A DNA stretch of 64,000 nucleotides from an uncultured Oscillospiraceae bacterium (GCA_947624065.1 CANQIO010000001.1:7659-71658), one strand, 5' to 3'; shown: positions 46,870 to 56,309, numbered from the stretch's first letter. Notes: a model not told the origin generated them from the sequence alone. Made by a program: numbers and translations.

Positions 46870-49029
46870 TCAGACGTCGAACCACCGGATCTCGTTGGCC
46901 TCCAGGTGCAGCGGGAAGCTGGCGCCGTCGGTGAAAACGGTGGTGTCCTGCGGCTCGTAGGTATTGTTCACGGCGCAGTAGCGGCCGCTGTCCGGATAGG
47001 CGTGGACCTCCGTATTGGGGTTCGAGGAGAACCACTTTTCCAGCTCTCCCTCCCCGTGGCAGCTCCAGAGCATCGCCCGATGGAGCAGCCGGGTGTTCCG
47101 GAAGGAGTACGGCAGCCCGGAGATGTATACCGCCCGGCCCCCGCCGAAATCGTTGGCGGCCAGCTGCACCTCCCGGTCCCGCTGGACGAGCACCTGGGCG
47201 CCCGGCAGGGCGTAGATGCTCTTTTTCCCCTCGCCAAAGTCCACAGAGCCGTCCGCGTCGGCCAGGATGAAGTGGTCCGGGTGCTCGTCCCAGTTGTACT
47301 TGTCGTAGTTGAGGGTGAAGCCCGTCTCCTTTTCCACGCCCAGCACGCCGGCCAGCTGGAGATACCGGCCCTGGTACTGGTGGCCGGAGGGCTCCCCCAC
47401 GCCGATGAAGCCGCCGCCGTTCCAGACAAAGCGCTTGACCGCGGCGGAAATGCGTTCATCCTCCCAGACGGCGCCGCCGGTGTGGGCGGTGTCGCCGTCG
47501 CCGATATTGAGAAGCACATCCACCCCATCCAGCGCGGCCGGGTCGGCCAGAAGATCGTCGAAGCTGAGGAATCGCACCTGGAAGGGCGCGCCGGCGAGGG
47601 CCTCGATCACGCCGGCATAGGAGTAGTTCTGTTTCTGATACAGGGCGTGGTGGACCATGTGGCAGCCCCAGGACCGGGCCCTTCCCCACGCGTTCAGCAC
47701 CGCCACTGTCTTTGCGCACCAGGGGCTCCCGCCGCCGATGCTGTCATAGAGCTGGCGGAACTCGTCGCACACGCTCTGGACATAGTCGATGAACGCCGGG
47801 AACTGGCAGGCCAGCTTCAAATACCCGCCGTAGCCGATCCTGTCCACCGGTTTGCGCAGGATCGCCCGCCGGGCGGTGACCCAGTTGACTTTGGCCTCCT
47901 TCACCGGATCGCCGCCGGGATGGAAGGTGTCCGGGAAGAAATAGGGCAAAAACCGCCCCTCGGTGTATTTCACGCCGGGGATGTCGGAGATCAGCCGAAG
48001 GGTGGAGCCGTTGCCCACGCTGCCCACCACCGCGTCCAGCCCGATGGACGCGAATTCCTCCATATAGGGCTCCGTGCCGATCCAGTGATCCCCCAGGAAC
48101 ATCATGGCCTCTTTGCCGTATTCGTGGGTGATGTCCACCAGCTCCCTGGCCAGGGCGGCCACCTCCCGGCGCTGGAACGCCATGAAGTCCTTATACTGCT
48201 TGCTGGGCACCCGGTATTGGTTGTTGTAGTACCCCTGGTCGATGATGTACTCCGGCCGGAAGGGATAGCCGGCCTCCTTCTCGAACCGCTCCAGGATATA
48301 GGGGCTGACGGAGGCGCTGTAGCCGTACCAGTCCACGTATTTCTCCCGCTTGAGCTCGTCGAACACCAGGGTGAACTGGTGGAAGAAGGTGGTATAGCGG
48401 ATCACGTCCACATAGGGATGTTCCTCGATGAAGCGGCGCAGCCGGTCCAGGGAGAAGGCGTGGGTCTTGGGCTGGCGCACGTCGAAGGTGATCTGGTGCT
48501 CAAAGTCCTTCCAGCCGTTGGTGACGGCGTTGTACATATGCACCGGGTCCCAGATGAGGTAGGCCAGAAAGCTCACGGTATAGTCGTGGAAGGGCTCCGG
48601 CGCGTCGATGACCACGCAGCCGGTATCTTTCTCATAGCGCCACTCGTCCGGACCCAGAGGCTCCCCCGCCGTGCGGTCCATGACCTCCCACCAACGGCAG
48701 ATGTCATCGTGGTCGTTGACGGCCATCAGCTCGGGGCTGACGCCCTGCATCAGGGGGATGGCGAGCGGCCCGCCCACGGCGGTATGGAAGCCCGTCATGA
48801 TATAGCACTGCTGCACCTCGTCGGGATTGGCCTTTGCCCAGGCGTTGTCCTTGCGGGTGGTGTAGTAGGTGGAATAGATCTTCGCGTCCACATCCTTCAG
48901 CGCCTCGGGGAACCCGGTCCCGTCGCAGTCGCGCACGGCGTCCGCTCCCCACCGGCGGATCAGCTCCAGCGTCTCGGGCACCACATCGAAATCGGTGGGG
49001 ATGGTGACGCGGCCTTTGTTTTCAGTCAT
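46870..49029 (-). CDS. GH112 phosphorylase (1,3-beta-galactosyl-N-acetylhexosamine phosphorylase, or the related galactosyl-rhamnose phosphorylase)
   Basis: Long collinear similarity to my memory of Bifidobacterium LNBP: ELIRRWGADAVRDCDGT, YTVSFLAYLIWDPVHMYN, GKEAMMFLGDHWIGTEPY, IPGVKYTEGRFLPYFFPDTF and GRAVYISGLPYS. The start ATG is at 49029. Confidence 0.92.
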   Translation of the reverse strand: MTENKGRVTIPTDFDVVPETLELIRRWGADAVRDCDGTGFPEALKDVDAKIYSTYYTTRKDNAWAKANPDEVQQCYIMTGFHTAVGGPLAIPLMQGVSPELMAVNDHDDICRWWEVMDRTAGEPLGPDEWRYEKDTGCVVIDAPEPFHDYTVSFLAYLIWDPVHMYNAVTNGWKDFEHQITFDVRQPKTHAFSLDRLRRFIEEHPYVDVIRYTTFFHQFTLVFDELKREKYVDWYGYSASVSPYILERFEKEAGYPFRPEYIIDQGYYNNQYRVPSKQYKDFMAFQRREVAALARELVDITHEYGKEAMMFLGDHWIGTEPYMEEFASIGLDAVVGSVGNGSTLRLISDIPGVKYTEGRFLPYFFPDTFHPGGDPVKEAKVNWVTARRAILRKPVDRIGYGGYLKLACQFPAFIDYVQSVCDEFRQLYDSIGGGSPWCAKTVAVLNAWGRARSWGCHMVHHALYQKQNYSYAGVIEALAGAPFQVRFLSFDDLLADPAALDGVDVLLNIGDGDTAHTGGAVWEDERISAAVKRFVWNGGGFIGVGEPSGHQYQGRYLQLAGVLGVEKETGFTLNYDKYNWDEHPDHFILADADGSVDFGEGKKSIYALPGAQVLVQRDREVQLAANDFGGGRAVYISGLPYSFRNTRLLHRAMLWSCHGEGELEKWFSSNPNTEVHAYPDSGRYCAVNNTYEPQDTTVFTDGASFPLHLEANEIRWFDV

Positions 49030-49053
49030 AGAATCGTTTCCTTTGCTCAAAAC

Positions 49054-49911
49054 TTATCCCTTCACGCCGCCGGCGGTGACGCCGGAGATGATGCGCCGGG
49101 ACATGAACAGGTACAGCAGGAACGTGGGCAGGAACACGATGATCACCGCCGCGAACAGTCCGCCATAGTTGCCGGAGTACTTCATGGAGTTGACGATCTG
49201 CAGCAGCCCCACGCCCACGGGGGTCATGCTGTTGGAGCTGGTGAAGATCAGCGCCATAAAGAACTCGTTCCACACGCTGAGGAAGTTGAAGATGGTCACC
49301 GTGATGATGGCCGGCTGGATCAGCGGCAGCATGATGACCCAGAAGGTGCGGTTGGCCGAGCAGCCGTCGATGGCGGCGGCCTCCTCGTAGTCGTGGCTCA
49401 GCGTGGCGAAAAAGTCCAGCATATAAATGGCCGTATAGGGCACCCGCATGAAGATATACAGCGCGATGAGCAGGATGCGGCCCTTGATGCCCCACTTCAC
49501 CGCCAAGGTGTACAGCGGCATGATGATCATGATGGCGGGCACGCTCATGGCGATGACCAGCAAAATGCGGATGGTCCGGCTGCCCCGGAACTTCCACCGG
49601 CTCAGCACATAGGCCGCCGGCGCCGAGATCAGCAGCACACCTGCGCAGGAGACCACCGAGTACAGCAGGGAGTTTCCAAAGAATACGGACACGTTCTGGC
49701 TGTCCCAGGCGGTGACGTAGTTCTCCCAGTGGAAGCCGCTGGCGAATTCCAGCACCTTGCCGGTGAATATCTCCCGGGAGGTGGACAGGCTCGCCCCGAA
49801 GATCCAGCCCAGCATGATGACCATGAACGCCACGTATACGATCACCACCAGGTAGCCGGGAAGCATCTTCAGCTCGCGTTTCCAATTGATCTTGCGCTTT
49901 GTCTTTTCCAT
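49054..49911 (-). CDS. Carbohydrate ABC transporter permease (MalG-like)
   Basis: 285 aa, six TM segments, EAA loop EEAAAIDGCSANRTFWVIMLPLIQP. Confidence 0.9.
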   Translation of the reverse strand: MEKTKRKINWKRELKMLPGYLVVIVYVAFMVIMLGWIFGASLSTSREIFTGKVLEFASGFHWENYVTAWDSQNVSVFFGNSLLYSVVSCAGVLLISAPAAYVLSRWKFRGSRTIRILLVIAMSVPAIMIIMPLYTLAVKWGIKGRILLIALYIFMRVPYTAIYMLDFFATLSHDYEEAAAIDGCSANRTFWVIMLPLIQPAIITVTIFNFLSVWNEFFMALIFTSSNSMTPVGVGLLQIVNSMKYSGNYGGLFAAVIIVFLPTFLLYLFMSRRIISGVTAGGVKG

Positions 49912-49926
49912 CGCTTCCCCCTCCTG

Positions 49927-50820
49927 TCAGTATTCCAGGTCGCTGCTCTTGAGCAGCTTCTCGGTGACGATATAAACCGCGATGATGATCAGCGTCAGCA
50001 CCACGCCCACCGCGGCGCCCGCGCCGGCGTCGCGCTCGATGACGCCCTTGCCGCCGAACACGGTGTCATAGAGGTACACCACCGGCACGATGGTGGAGCC
50101 CTCTGTCTGGACCGGGCTGAACAGCTTCGACCACAGATAGAACGTGGCGGCGTTGATGGTCCAGAAGGTGATGGTCGTCTTGACGATGCCCTTCAAAAGG
50201 GGCAGGGTGATGCGGAAAAACTGCTTGCTCTTGCTGGCGCCGTCGATGGTGGCGGCCTCGTAAAGATCCTTGGGGATGCCCTCGATGCCGCTGATGTAGA
50301 TCAGCATGTAATAGCCGACGCTGCCGTAGATGAACGCGGCGATCATGGCCCAGAGCTTGGCGTCCGTGCCCAGCCAGCGGACCTTCTCAAAGCCCAGGGC
50401 GGTCACCAGCTGATTCAAAAGGCCGTAATCGAAGTTGAATATGTACTGCACCCACATGGTGGCCAGGGCCACGGCGGAGACGATGTTGGGCAGATAGATG
50501 GCTGCCCGGAAAAAGCCCTGGAACCGGATGCCGCTGGTGAGGATCACCGCCATGAGCAGCGCCAGCGCCAGCGTGAACACGCCGCCCACGATCCAGATCG
50601 CCAGGAAGTTTTTCATGGATGTGATGAAGCCGGCGTTGTGCATGATCTTGAAATAGTTTGCCAGACCGTTGAAGGACCAGTCGCTGGTGCTGGCCGTCAG
50701 GCTCTCCACATGGAAGAAGCTCATGATCACTGTCCGGATCACGGGATAGACGTACATCAGCAGCAGACATATCACCGTGGGCGCCATGAACAGGAAGATC
50801 AGCGTTTTGTTTTTCTTCAT
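49927..50820 (-). CDS. Carbohydrate ABC transporter permease (MalF-like)
   Basis: 297 aa, six TM segments, EAA loop YEAATIDGASKSKQFFRITLPLLK. Confidence 0.9.
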   Translation of the reverse strand: MKKNKTLIFLFMAPTVICLLLMYVYPVIRTVIMSFFHVESLTASTSDWSFNGLANYFKIMHNAGFITSMKNFLAIWIVGGVFTLALALLMAVILTSGIRFQGFFRAAIYLPNIVSAVALATMWVQYIFNFDYGLLNQLVTALGFEKVRWLGTDAKLWAMIAAFIYGSVGYYMLIYISGIEGIPKDLYEAATIDGASKSKQFFRITLPLLKGIVKTTITFWTINAATFYLWSKLFSPVQTEGSTIVPVVYLYDTVFGGKGVIERDAGAGAAVGVVLTLIIIAVYIVTEKLLKSSDLEY

Positions 50821-50845
50821 GAAGGTCCCCCTCTCTCGCGCTATT

Positions 50846-50875
50846 AAAAAACAGGCGGCACCGAAGTGCCGCCTG
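50846..50875 (-). terminator. Intra-operon terminator/attenuator hairpin directly after the SBP gene
   Basis: The minus strand reads CAGGCGGCAC-ttcg-GTGCCGCCTG, followed by TTTTTTAAT. Confidence 0.7.
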
Positions 50876-50888
50876 CCGCAGTCGGGAA

Positions 50889-52103
50889 TTACTCGTACAG
50901 CGCGTCCATGGCGGCGCAGAACTCAGCGCCGTCGGCATACTTGCCCTCGAACAGCTCCGTGAACATATCCTTCATGGTCTGCCATGCGGGATGGGTGTTC
51001 AGCTCGCCGCACCAGGTCATGGGGGCGTCGGCAGCCAGCAGGGTCTCCACAGCGCCGGGCAGAGAGGTGCACTCGTTGGTGGGGTCGGCGGGGATCTGGT
51101 GGCAGTCGTCGGCCAGCTTCTGGCCCCACTCGCCGGTGGTCAGGAAGATGGCGAAGTCAAAGGCCTCCTGGGCATGCTCGCTGTAGGCGGGGATGGCCAG
51201 GGAGTTGGCGCCCATGTAAGCGGCAACAGAAGCGCCGCCCTCCACGGAGGGATAGTTGAACAGGCCCCAGTTGACCTCGGTGCCGGTGTTGGCGTTGACC
51301 TCAGCGGTCACATAGTCGGCGCAGACGACCATCGCGGCCAGGCCCAGGCCGATCTTGTTCTGGCTGGCGGGGTACTCGTCGGGAGCGCCCTCGGCCAGGT
51401 AGCCGGCGTTGACCAGGTCGATGATCTCCTGCGCGGCGGCGACAGCGCCCTCGCTGTCAGCCCAGCCGCCGTTCTCACGCAGCTCGGCGATGCCCTCCTC
51501 GCCCAGATGGCGGACCAGCTGGTAATAGAAGGAGAAGTTGGTGTAAGCGCCGTCCTGGGCCAGGGGGTCGATGCCCGCTTCCTTCAGCTTGGCGCACGCA
51601 TCCAGGAACTCGGCCCAGGTGGTGGGCTCGGCCTCGATGCCGGCGGCGGCAAAGGCGTCCTTGTCATAGAACACGCCGCCCACGTTGGGCTGCTCCACGA
51701 TGCTGTCCAGGTAGCCGGCCCACTTGATGGAGAAGTCGTTGAACACGGGATAGCTGTGGTCGGCGTAGCCGGCGGCCTCGGCCATCTCGGTCAGGTCATA
51801 GGTGTAGGGAGCGTCGACCTGGCCGATGCGGTTGAAGTCGTCCTCGAACAGGTCCAGATCCTCCTGCGCCTCAAGGGCGGCGGTGATCAGGGTGTTCAGG
51901 TCGCGGCCCTTCCACTCGATGTTCACATGCACACCGGTCTCGGCCTCATAGGCCTCGGCGGCGGCGGCAATGACCTCAGCCTGGGGCTCGCCCTCGTTCC
52001 ACATGGACCAGAAGTTGATCTCCACGGGGTCGTCCGCCAGGGCAAAAGCGCCCAGGGACAGGACCATGACCACCGCAAGGATCATGCTGAGAAGCTTTTT
52101 CAT
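50889..52103 (-). CDS. Extracellular solute-binding protein (family-1 sugar SBP) of the GH112-linked ABC importer
   Basis: MKKLLSMILAVVMVLSLGAFALADDPVEINFWSMW. The start at ATG 52103 follows AGGAGG. Confidence 0.9.
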   Translation of the reverse strand: MKKLLSMILAVVMVLSLGAFALADDPVEINFWSMWNEGEPQAEVIAAAAEAYEAETGVHVNIEWKGRDLNTLITAALEAQEDLDLFEDDFNRIGQVDAPYTYDLTEMAEAAGYADHSYPVFNDFSIKWAGYLDSIVEQPNVGGVFYDKDAFAAAGIEAEPTTWAEFLDACAKLKEAGIDPLAQDGAYTNFSFYYQLVRHLGEEGIAELRENGGWADSEGAVAAAQEIIDLVNAGYLAEGAPDEYPASQNKIGLGLAAMVVCADYVTAEVNANTGTEVNWGLFNYPSVEGGASVAAYMGANSLAIPAYSEHAQEAFDFAIFLTTGEWGQKLADDCHQIPADPTNECTSLPGAVETLLAADAPMTWCGELNTHPAWQTMKDMFTELFEGKYADGAEFCAAMDALYE

Positions 52104-52177
52104 GGTTTTTCCTCCTAATAAAATGTATAAAATGGTGGGTTTCTGCCTATGCTTATGGTTTAAGTATAACCGATTCA

Positions 52178-52195
52178 ACAATAAAAACAATAAAA
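52178..52195. repeat. Tandem 9-bp repeat ACAATAAAA x2 (then CAAT) in the AT-rich divergent control region
   Basis: Read directly. The motif CTATGCTT also occurs twice, at about 52147 and 52203. Confidence 0.5.
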
Positions 52196-52409
52196 CAATT
52201 GCTATGCTTTTTATTAAAATTGCTGTCATTATGAAAAATGCAATATTTTTTTGAAAACTTCCCTTTCTTGTTCAGTAATTTTATCTAATACATGGTTAAA
52301 TGTTCCGTTCGTCAGAAGATTAACTTACCGTCAAACCGACCACCCCCTTGCGCATCCGACAAAAAAGCAATATAATACGGACAGAGCGATCCCATAGGAG
52401 GCGACAGCC

Positions 52410-53258
52410 ATGAGCACGCGGCAGTATCTTCTGCCCCGGGTGGACATCCCGGAGCGGGACGGCGTGCGGCTGCTGTACGTCACGCGCGCCCAATTCAGCG
52501 CCGAATGGGACTCCGCTCTGCATACCCACAGCTGTTCGGAATTCTTTTTCGTGACCGGCGGCCAGGGGGCGTTCCAGATCCAGAACGAGCGCTTCTCCGT
52601 CAGCCGGGACGACCTGGTGGTGGTCAACGCCGCCGTGGCCCACACGGAGCTGGGCCAGGCCGGGGAGCCGATGGAATACGTGGTCCTGGGCGTGGAGGGG
52701 CTGGAGGCCTTCGCGGGCCCGTCCGGCTATACCCTCATCCGGGGCGTATGCCAGCAGCCCCAGGTGCGTCAGTGTCTGGACATGATCCTGCTGGAGTCCT
52801 CGGGCGAGATGGAGGACCGCTCGGAGATGTGCCAGAGCCTGCTGCGCGTGCTGCTGCGGCTGGTGACCCGGCAGAGGGATTTTTTCCTGGAGCCCGCCGT
52901 CGCGGAGCCCCGGTCGAACCGGGAGATGGCCATGGTCCGCCGGTACATAGACACCAGCTTCAAGGAGAGCATCACCCTGGACAAGCTGGCCGCCCTGGCC
53001 CACCTGAACAAATATTATCTCGTCCACGCCTTCCAGAGGGAATACGGGGTCTCCCCCATCCGCTATCTGGTCCGGCGGCGCATCCGGGAGAGCCGGTTCT
53101 TGCTGTCGGAGACCGATCTCTCCCTCAGCCACATCGCCCAGACCCTGGGCTTTTCCTCCCTGAGCTACTTCTCCCAGTGCTTCCGCCGCGTGGAGGGCAT
53201 CAGCCCCAAGGAATACCGCCAGCGCCGGCGCGCCGGTCTGACAGACGATCTATCATGA
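52410..53258 (+). CDS. AraC-family transcriptional regulator (cupin sensor plus double HTH)
   Basis: The N-terminal cupin-like region has HTHSCSEFFFVTGGQG. The C-terminus has LDKLAALAHLNKYYLVHAFQREYGVSPIRYL...IAQTLGFSSLSYFSQCFRRVEGISPKEYR. Confidence 0.9.
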   Translation: MSTRQYLLPRVDIPERDGVRLLYVTRAQFSAEWDSALHTHSCSEFFFVTGGQGAFQIQNERFSVSRDDLVVVNAAVAHTELGQAGEPMEYVVLGVEGLEAFAGPSGYTLIRGVCQQPQVRQCLDMILLESSGEMEDRSEMCQSLLRVLLRLVTRQRDFFLEPAVAEPRSNREMAMVRRYIDTSFKESITLDKLAALAHLNKYYLVHAFQREYGVSPIRYLVRRRIRESRFLLSETDLSLSHIAQTLGFSSLSYFSQCFRRVEGISPKEYRQRRRAGLTDDLS

Positions 53259-53271
53259 AAGGAACCCACGT

Positions 53272-53997
53272 ATGACCTGCTTTTTCACCAGCTCCCCCAT
53301 GGTCCCCGATACCCTGGACCTGAACCCCGCCAACGGCTTCATCCACCAGCTGCACCTGGCCGTGCCCTATCCCTGCCGGGCGTTGTACGCCTGCTCCGAC
53401 CCGGACGACTGGGAGACGACCGACCAGTACGCCGAGGGCACCGCCGAGAGCATGGAGAAGGCTGGCTTTGCCTTCACCGAATTTGAGGTATTGGACGGCC
53501 GGAACGCCGACGATGCGGCGGCGCTCATCGAAAACGCCGACCTTATCATCCTCTGCGGCGGCCATGTGCCCACCCAGAACGCCTTTTTCCAGGCCATCGG
53601 CCTGCGGGCGCTTCTTGCCGATTTCGACGGCGTGCTCATGGGCATCAGCGCCGGCAGCATGAACAGCGCGGACACCGTCTACTCCCATCCGGAGCTGGAG
53701 GGCGAGGCCGTCGATCCGGACTATGAGCGCTTCCTGCCCGGCCTGGGGCTGACCGACATCAACATCATCCCCCACTACAACACCATCGCCGGGGACACCT
53801 TGGACGGGCTGGACCTTTTTGAGGACATCGCCATCCCCGACAGCGTGGATCACGCCTTTCTGGTGCTGCCGGACGGCAGCTACGTGCTGTCCGAGGACGG
53901 CCATGAGACGCTCCACGGCGAGGCATACCTCATCGCTGACGGCGCCATGGAGCAGATCGCCGAGGACGGGGACGTCCTGGAGCTGGACGAGGAATAA
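53272..53997 (+). CDS. Peptidase S51 (dipeptidase E-like) family protein
   Basis: LIILCGGH and the nucleophile context LMGISAGSMN, plus NIIPHY. 241 aa. Confidence 0.75.
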   Translation: MTCFFTSSPMVPDTLDLNPANGFIHQLHLAVPYPCRALYACSDPDDWETTDQYAEGTAESMEKAGFAFTEFEVLDGRNADDAAALIENADLIILCGGHVPTQNAFFQAIGLRALLADFDGVLMGISAGSMNSADTVYSHPELEGEAVDPDYERFLPGLGLTDINIIPHYNTIAGDTLDGLDLFEDIAIPDSVDHAFLVLPDGSYVLSEDGHETLHGEAYLIADGAMEQIAEDGDVLELDEE

Positions 53998-54010
53998 AAT
54001 ACATAATGCA

Positions 54011-54046
54011 AGGGCGCGGTGATGGACACCGCGCCCTTTTCGTTTT
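54011..54046 (+). terminator. Rho-independent terminator after the S51 peptidase gene
   Basis: AGGGCGCGGTG-atgga-CACCGCGCCCT, followed by TTTCGTTTT. Confidence 0.75.
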
Positions 54047-54068
54047 GTATGGGGCCGAAAAGCCCCTC

Positions 54069-55973
54069 TCATTTCATGACGCACCGGGCAAAGTAGCATG
54101 TCCCCGCCGGGACGGTCAGCTCCACGCTGTTTGCGTCCAGGGGCCGCCAGTCCAGGCGCTCCCCCATCACGTCGGCGCTCTCCAGCCCCGCCGCGCCCAC
54201 GGCGCCCAGAGGCAGCCGGATGCGCTCCGCCGCGTCGGACGCCGAGAGGACCGCCAGGTATGCCTCCTCCCCATCCGACCGGGCGATGGCCGCCACGCGG
54301 CCTTGGGCATACAAGAACTGCATCCCGCCGTGGGCGAGGACCGGGTGGTCCTTTTTCAGATGGGCCATGGTCCGGTATACCCGGTAGGCGTCGGTCTGCT
54401 GGAACCGCTTGTGCCAGGGCATGGGATACCGGCAGCCCTCGTTGGAGCCCACGGTGCCGCCGATGGCGGCCTCGTCGCCGTAATAGATGCTGGCCGCGCC
54501 GGGCAGGATGAACTGGAAGTACACCGCGCCCCGCCAGGCCATGGGAGATATGTGCCGGTCGTTGTGCAGGCGGCTGGCGTCGTGGCTGTCAAAGAGATTG
54601 AACTGGTTCTCCCACAACGCGTAGGGCAGCTTGGCCAGGTGCTGCGTCACCCGTGCGCGCAGGTCCTCCGCCGTCATGGCATACGGCACCCGGCGGATGC
54701 GGGGGTCTCTGCCCAGCTGCATGTCCGCCTGGCCGAAGAACTGCCGGATGGGCCGGCCGCAGCCAAAATAATTCATGGGCGCGTCCCACTCGTCCCCCTG
54801 CAGATGCTCGGCGCAGTCTCCCCAATCCTCCGCCAGGATGTACGCCTGGGGGTTCTCCTCCCGGATGCTCCGGCGTATCTCCGGCCACAGCTGACGCGCC
54901 AGCTGGACGGCGTCGTTGCGGGCGAAGGTGTCCGCCACGTCAAAGCGCCAGCCGTCGATGCTGTAAGGGGGCTTCAGCCACTTTTTCAGCACCGAACCCT
55001 CCCCCCGGTAGATCACGTCCCGCAGGGCCTGAGAGGTATAGTTCAGCGTCGGCAGGTTGGCGTTGCCGGCCCAGCCGTGATAGGCGCTGCCCTCCCCAAA
55101 GAAATAGTAGCCTCTCTCCGGCGCGTCCGGGTCATGGAAGGCCCCCTCGGAGACCGGGAAGAACATCCCGTCCCGGTTGAACCAGCGGTGATTGGCGCCG
55201 GTGTGGTTGATGGAGATGTCCACGATGAGGCGCATCCCGTTCTCATGCAGCGCCGCCGACAGCTCCGCCAGTGCCTCGTCCCCGCCGAAATGGGGGTCCA
55301 CATGGAAATAGTCCACGCAGTCATATTTATGGGTGGAGGGCGCCCGGAAAATGGGGTTCAAGTACAGGGCCGTCACTCCCAGGTCCTTCAAATAGGGGAT
55401 CTTTTGCCGCACGCCCTGCAGGTCCCCGCCGAAGAAATCCAGGCAGAACCCCTTTTGATAGGCCAGCGGCCGGCTGCTCCACCGCTCCATGCGGATGGCG
55501 GGGTGCCCGTCCTGGGCATATTCGCCGGGGCGCACGTCGTTGGACGCATCGCCGTTGCAGAACCGCTCGGGGAAGATCTGATAAAAGACAGCCTCCTTCA
55601 CCCAGACCGGCTGCACATAGTCCGTCAGCAGCACGAAATCATAAGTGTGGTCCGGTATGTAGGTGGTGATCCCCCGCTGGGTATAGTAGTACACCGTGTC
55701 GTCCGTGAGCAGATAGAACTGATACTGCATCCGCCGCTCGGTGACGGGCAGCGCCGCCTCATAGTAGACCAGCCCCCGCTCCCTCTTCACCGGGGATGCC
55801 TCCTCCAGCCGCTCCATCCCGTTGCGCAGATACCGCAGCAGCACATGGCGCACCGGCGCGTCCTCATAAAATCGGACCCGGACCGCCGCCGTCCGCCCCA
55901 GCGCGGGCGAAGGATCGCTGACGAACAGCGCCGTCCCGTCGCTGTATACGCTCTCCAGCCATGTCTCTCTCAT
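54069..55973 (-). CDS. GH13 alpha-amylase-family enzyme (maltodextrin glucosidase / neopullulanase-like), cytoplasmic
   Basis: GH13 conserved regions: LIVDISINHTG (I), IDGWRFDVADTF (II), YILAEDWG (III), FNLFDSHDASR (IV). It has an N-terminal beta-sandwich domain and no signal peptide. Confidence 0.9.
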   Translation of the reverse strand: MRETWLESVYSDGTALFVSDPSPALGRTAAVRVRFYEDAPVRHVLLRYLRNGMERLEEASPVKRERGLVYYEAALPVTERRMQYQFYLLTDDTVYYYTQRGITTYIPDHTYDFVLLTDYVQPVWVKEAVFYQIFPERFCNGDASNDVRPGEYAQDGHPAIRMERWSSRPLAYQKGFCLDFFGGDLQGVRQKIPYLKDLGVTALYLNPIFRAPSTHKYDCVDYFHVDPHFGGDEALAELSAALHENGMRLIVDISINHTGANHRWFNRDGMFFPVSEGAFHDPDAPERGYYFFGEGSAYHGWAGNANLPTLNYTSQALRDVIYRGEGSVLKKWLKPPYSIDGWRFDVADTFARNDAVQLARQLWPEIRRSIREENPQAYILAEDWGDCAEHLQGDEWDAPMNYFGCGRPIRQFFGQADMQLGRDPRIRRVPYAMTAEDLRARVTQHLAKLPYALWENQFNLFDSHDASRLHNDRHISPMAWRGAVYFQFILPGAASIYYGDEAAIGGTVGSNEGCRYPMPWHKRFQQTDAYRVYRTMAHLKKDHPVLAHGGMQFLYAQGRVAAIARSDGEEAYLAVLSASDAAERIRLPLGAVGAAGLESADVMGERLDWRPLDANSVELTVPAGTCYFARCVMK

Positions 55974-56039
55974 CGCATTCTCTCCGTCTGAAAAGGTTTT
56001 TTACACGCGCTGCCGCGCCCCATAAGGCAAACATAAAAT

Positions 56040-56073
56040 GTCCCGGAAGCCTTGAAACCAAGACTTCCGGGAC
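56040..56073 (-). terminator. Terminator hairpin directly following the tRNA-Ser pair
   Basis: The minus strand reads GTCCCGGAAG-N14-CTTCCGGGAC, followed by ATTTTATGTTT. Confidence 0.6.
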
Positions 56074-56165
56074 TGGCGGAGAAGGCGGGATTTGAACCCG
56101 CGCTGCGCTCATCACGCACTACTCCCTTAGCAGGGGAGCCCCTTCGGCCACTTGGGTACTTCTCC
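56074..56165 (-). tRNA. tRNA-Ser (anticodon GCU), class II with a long variable arm, CCA encoded
   Basis: Hand-folded. Acceptor GGAGAAG/CTTCTCC, anticodon stem CTCCC/GGGAG with loop CT-GCT-AA, variable arm TAGTGCGTGATGAGCGCAGC, T-arm GCGGG-TTCAAAT-CCCGC. 92 nt. Confidence 0.93.
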
Positions 56166-56208
56166 AAGCCGAACATTCGATTGTCGCGGGCCGCCCCGCA
56201 AGAAAAAA

Positions 56209-56297
56209 TGGCGGAGAGAGAGGGATTCGAACCCCCGGCCCCTTGCGGAGTCACTGGTTTTCAAGACCAGCTCCATAAACCACTCGGACATCTCTCC
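56209..56297 (-). tRNA. tRNA-Ser (anticodon UGA), class II, CCA encoded
   Basis: Hand-folded. Acceptor GGAGAGA/TCTCTCC, anticodon stem CTGGT/ACCAG with loop CT-TGA-AA, T-arm GGGGG-TTCGAAT-CCCTC. 89 nt. Confidence 0.93.
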
Positions 56298-56309
56298 GCA
56301 TGCTTGAGT

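Noticed and set aside
45505-50847. A 1780-aa plus-strand ORF spanning more than 5 kb
   Set aside because: It runs antisense across dapF, the HAD gene, GH112 and two permease genes, all of which have unmistakable family signatures on the minus strand. Its translation is low-complexity and rich in G/A/R/H/P/V/Q/L, with no motifs. Stop-free antisense frames are expected at this GC content.
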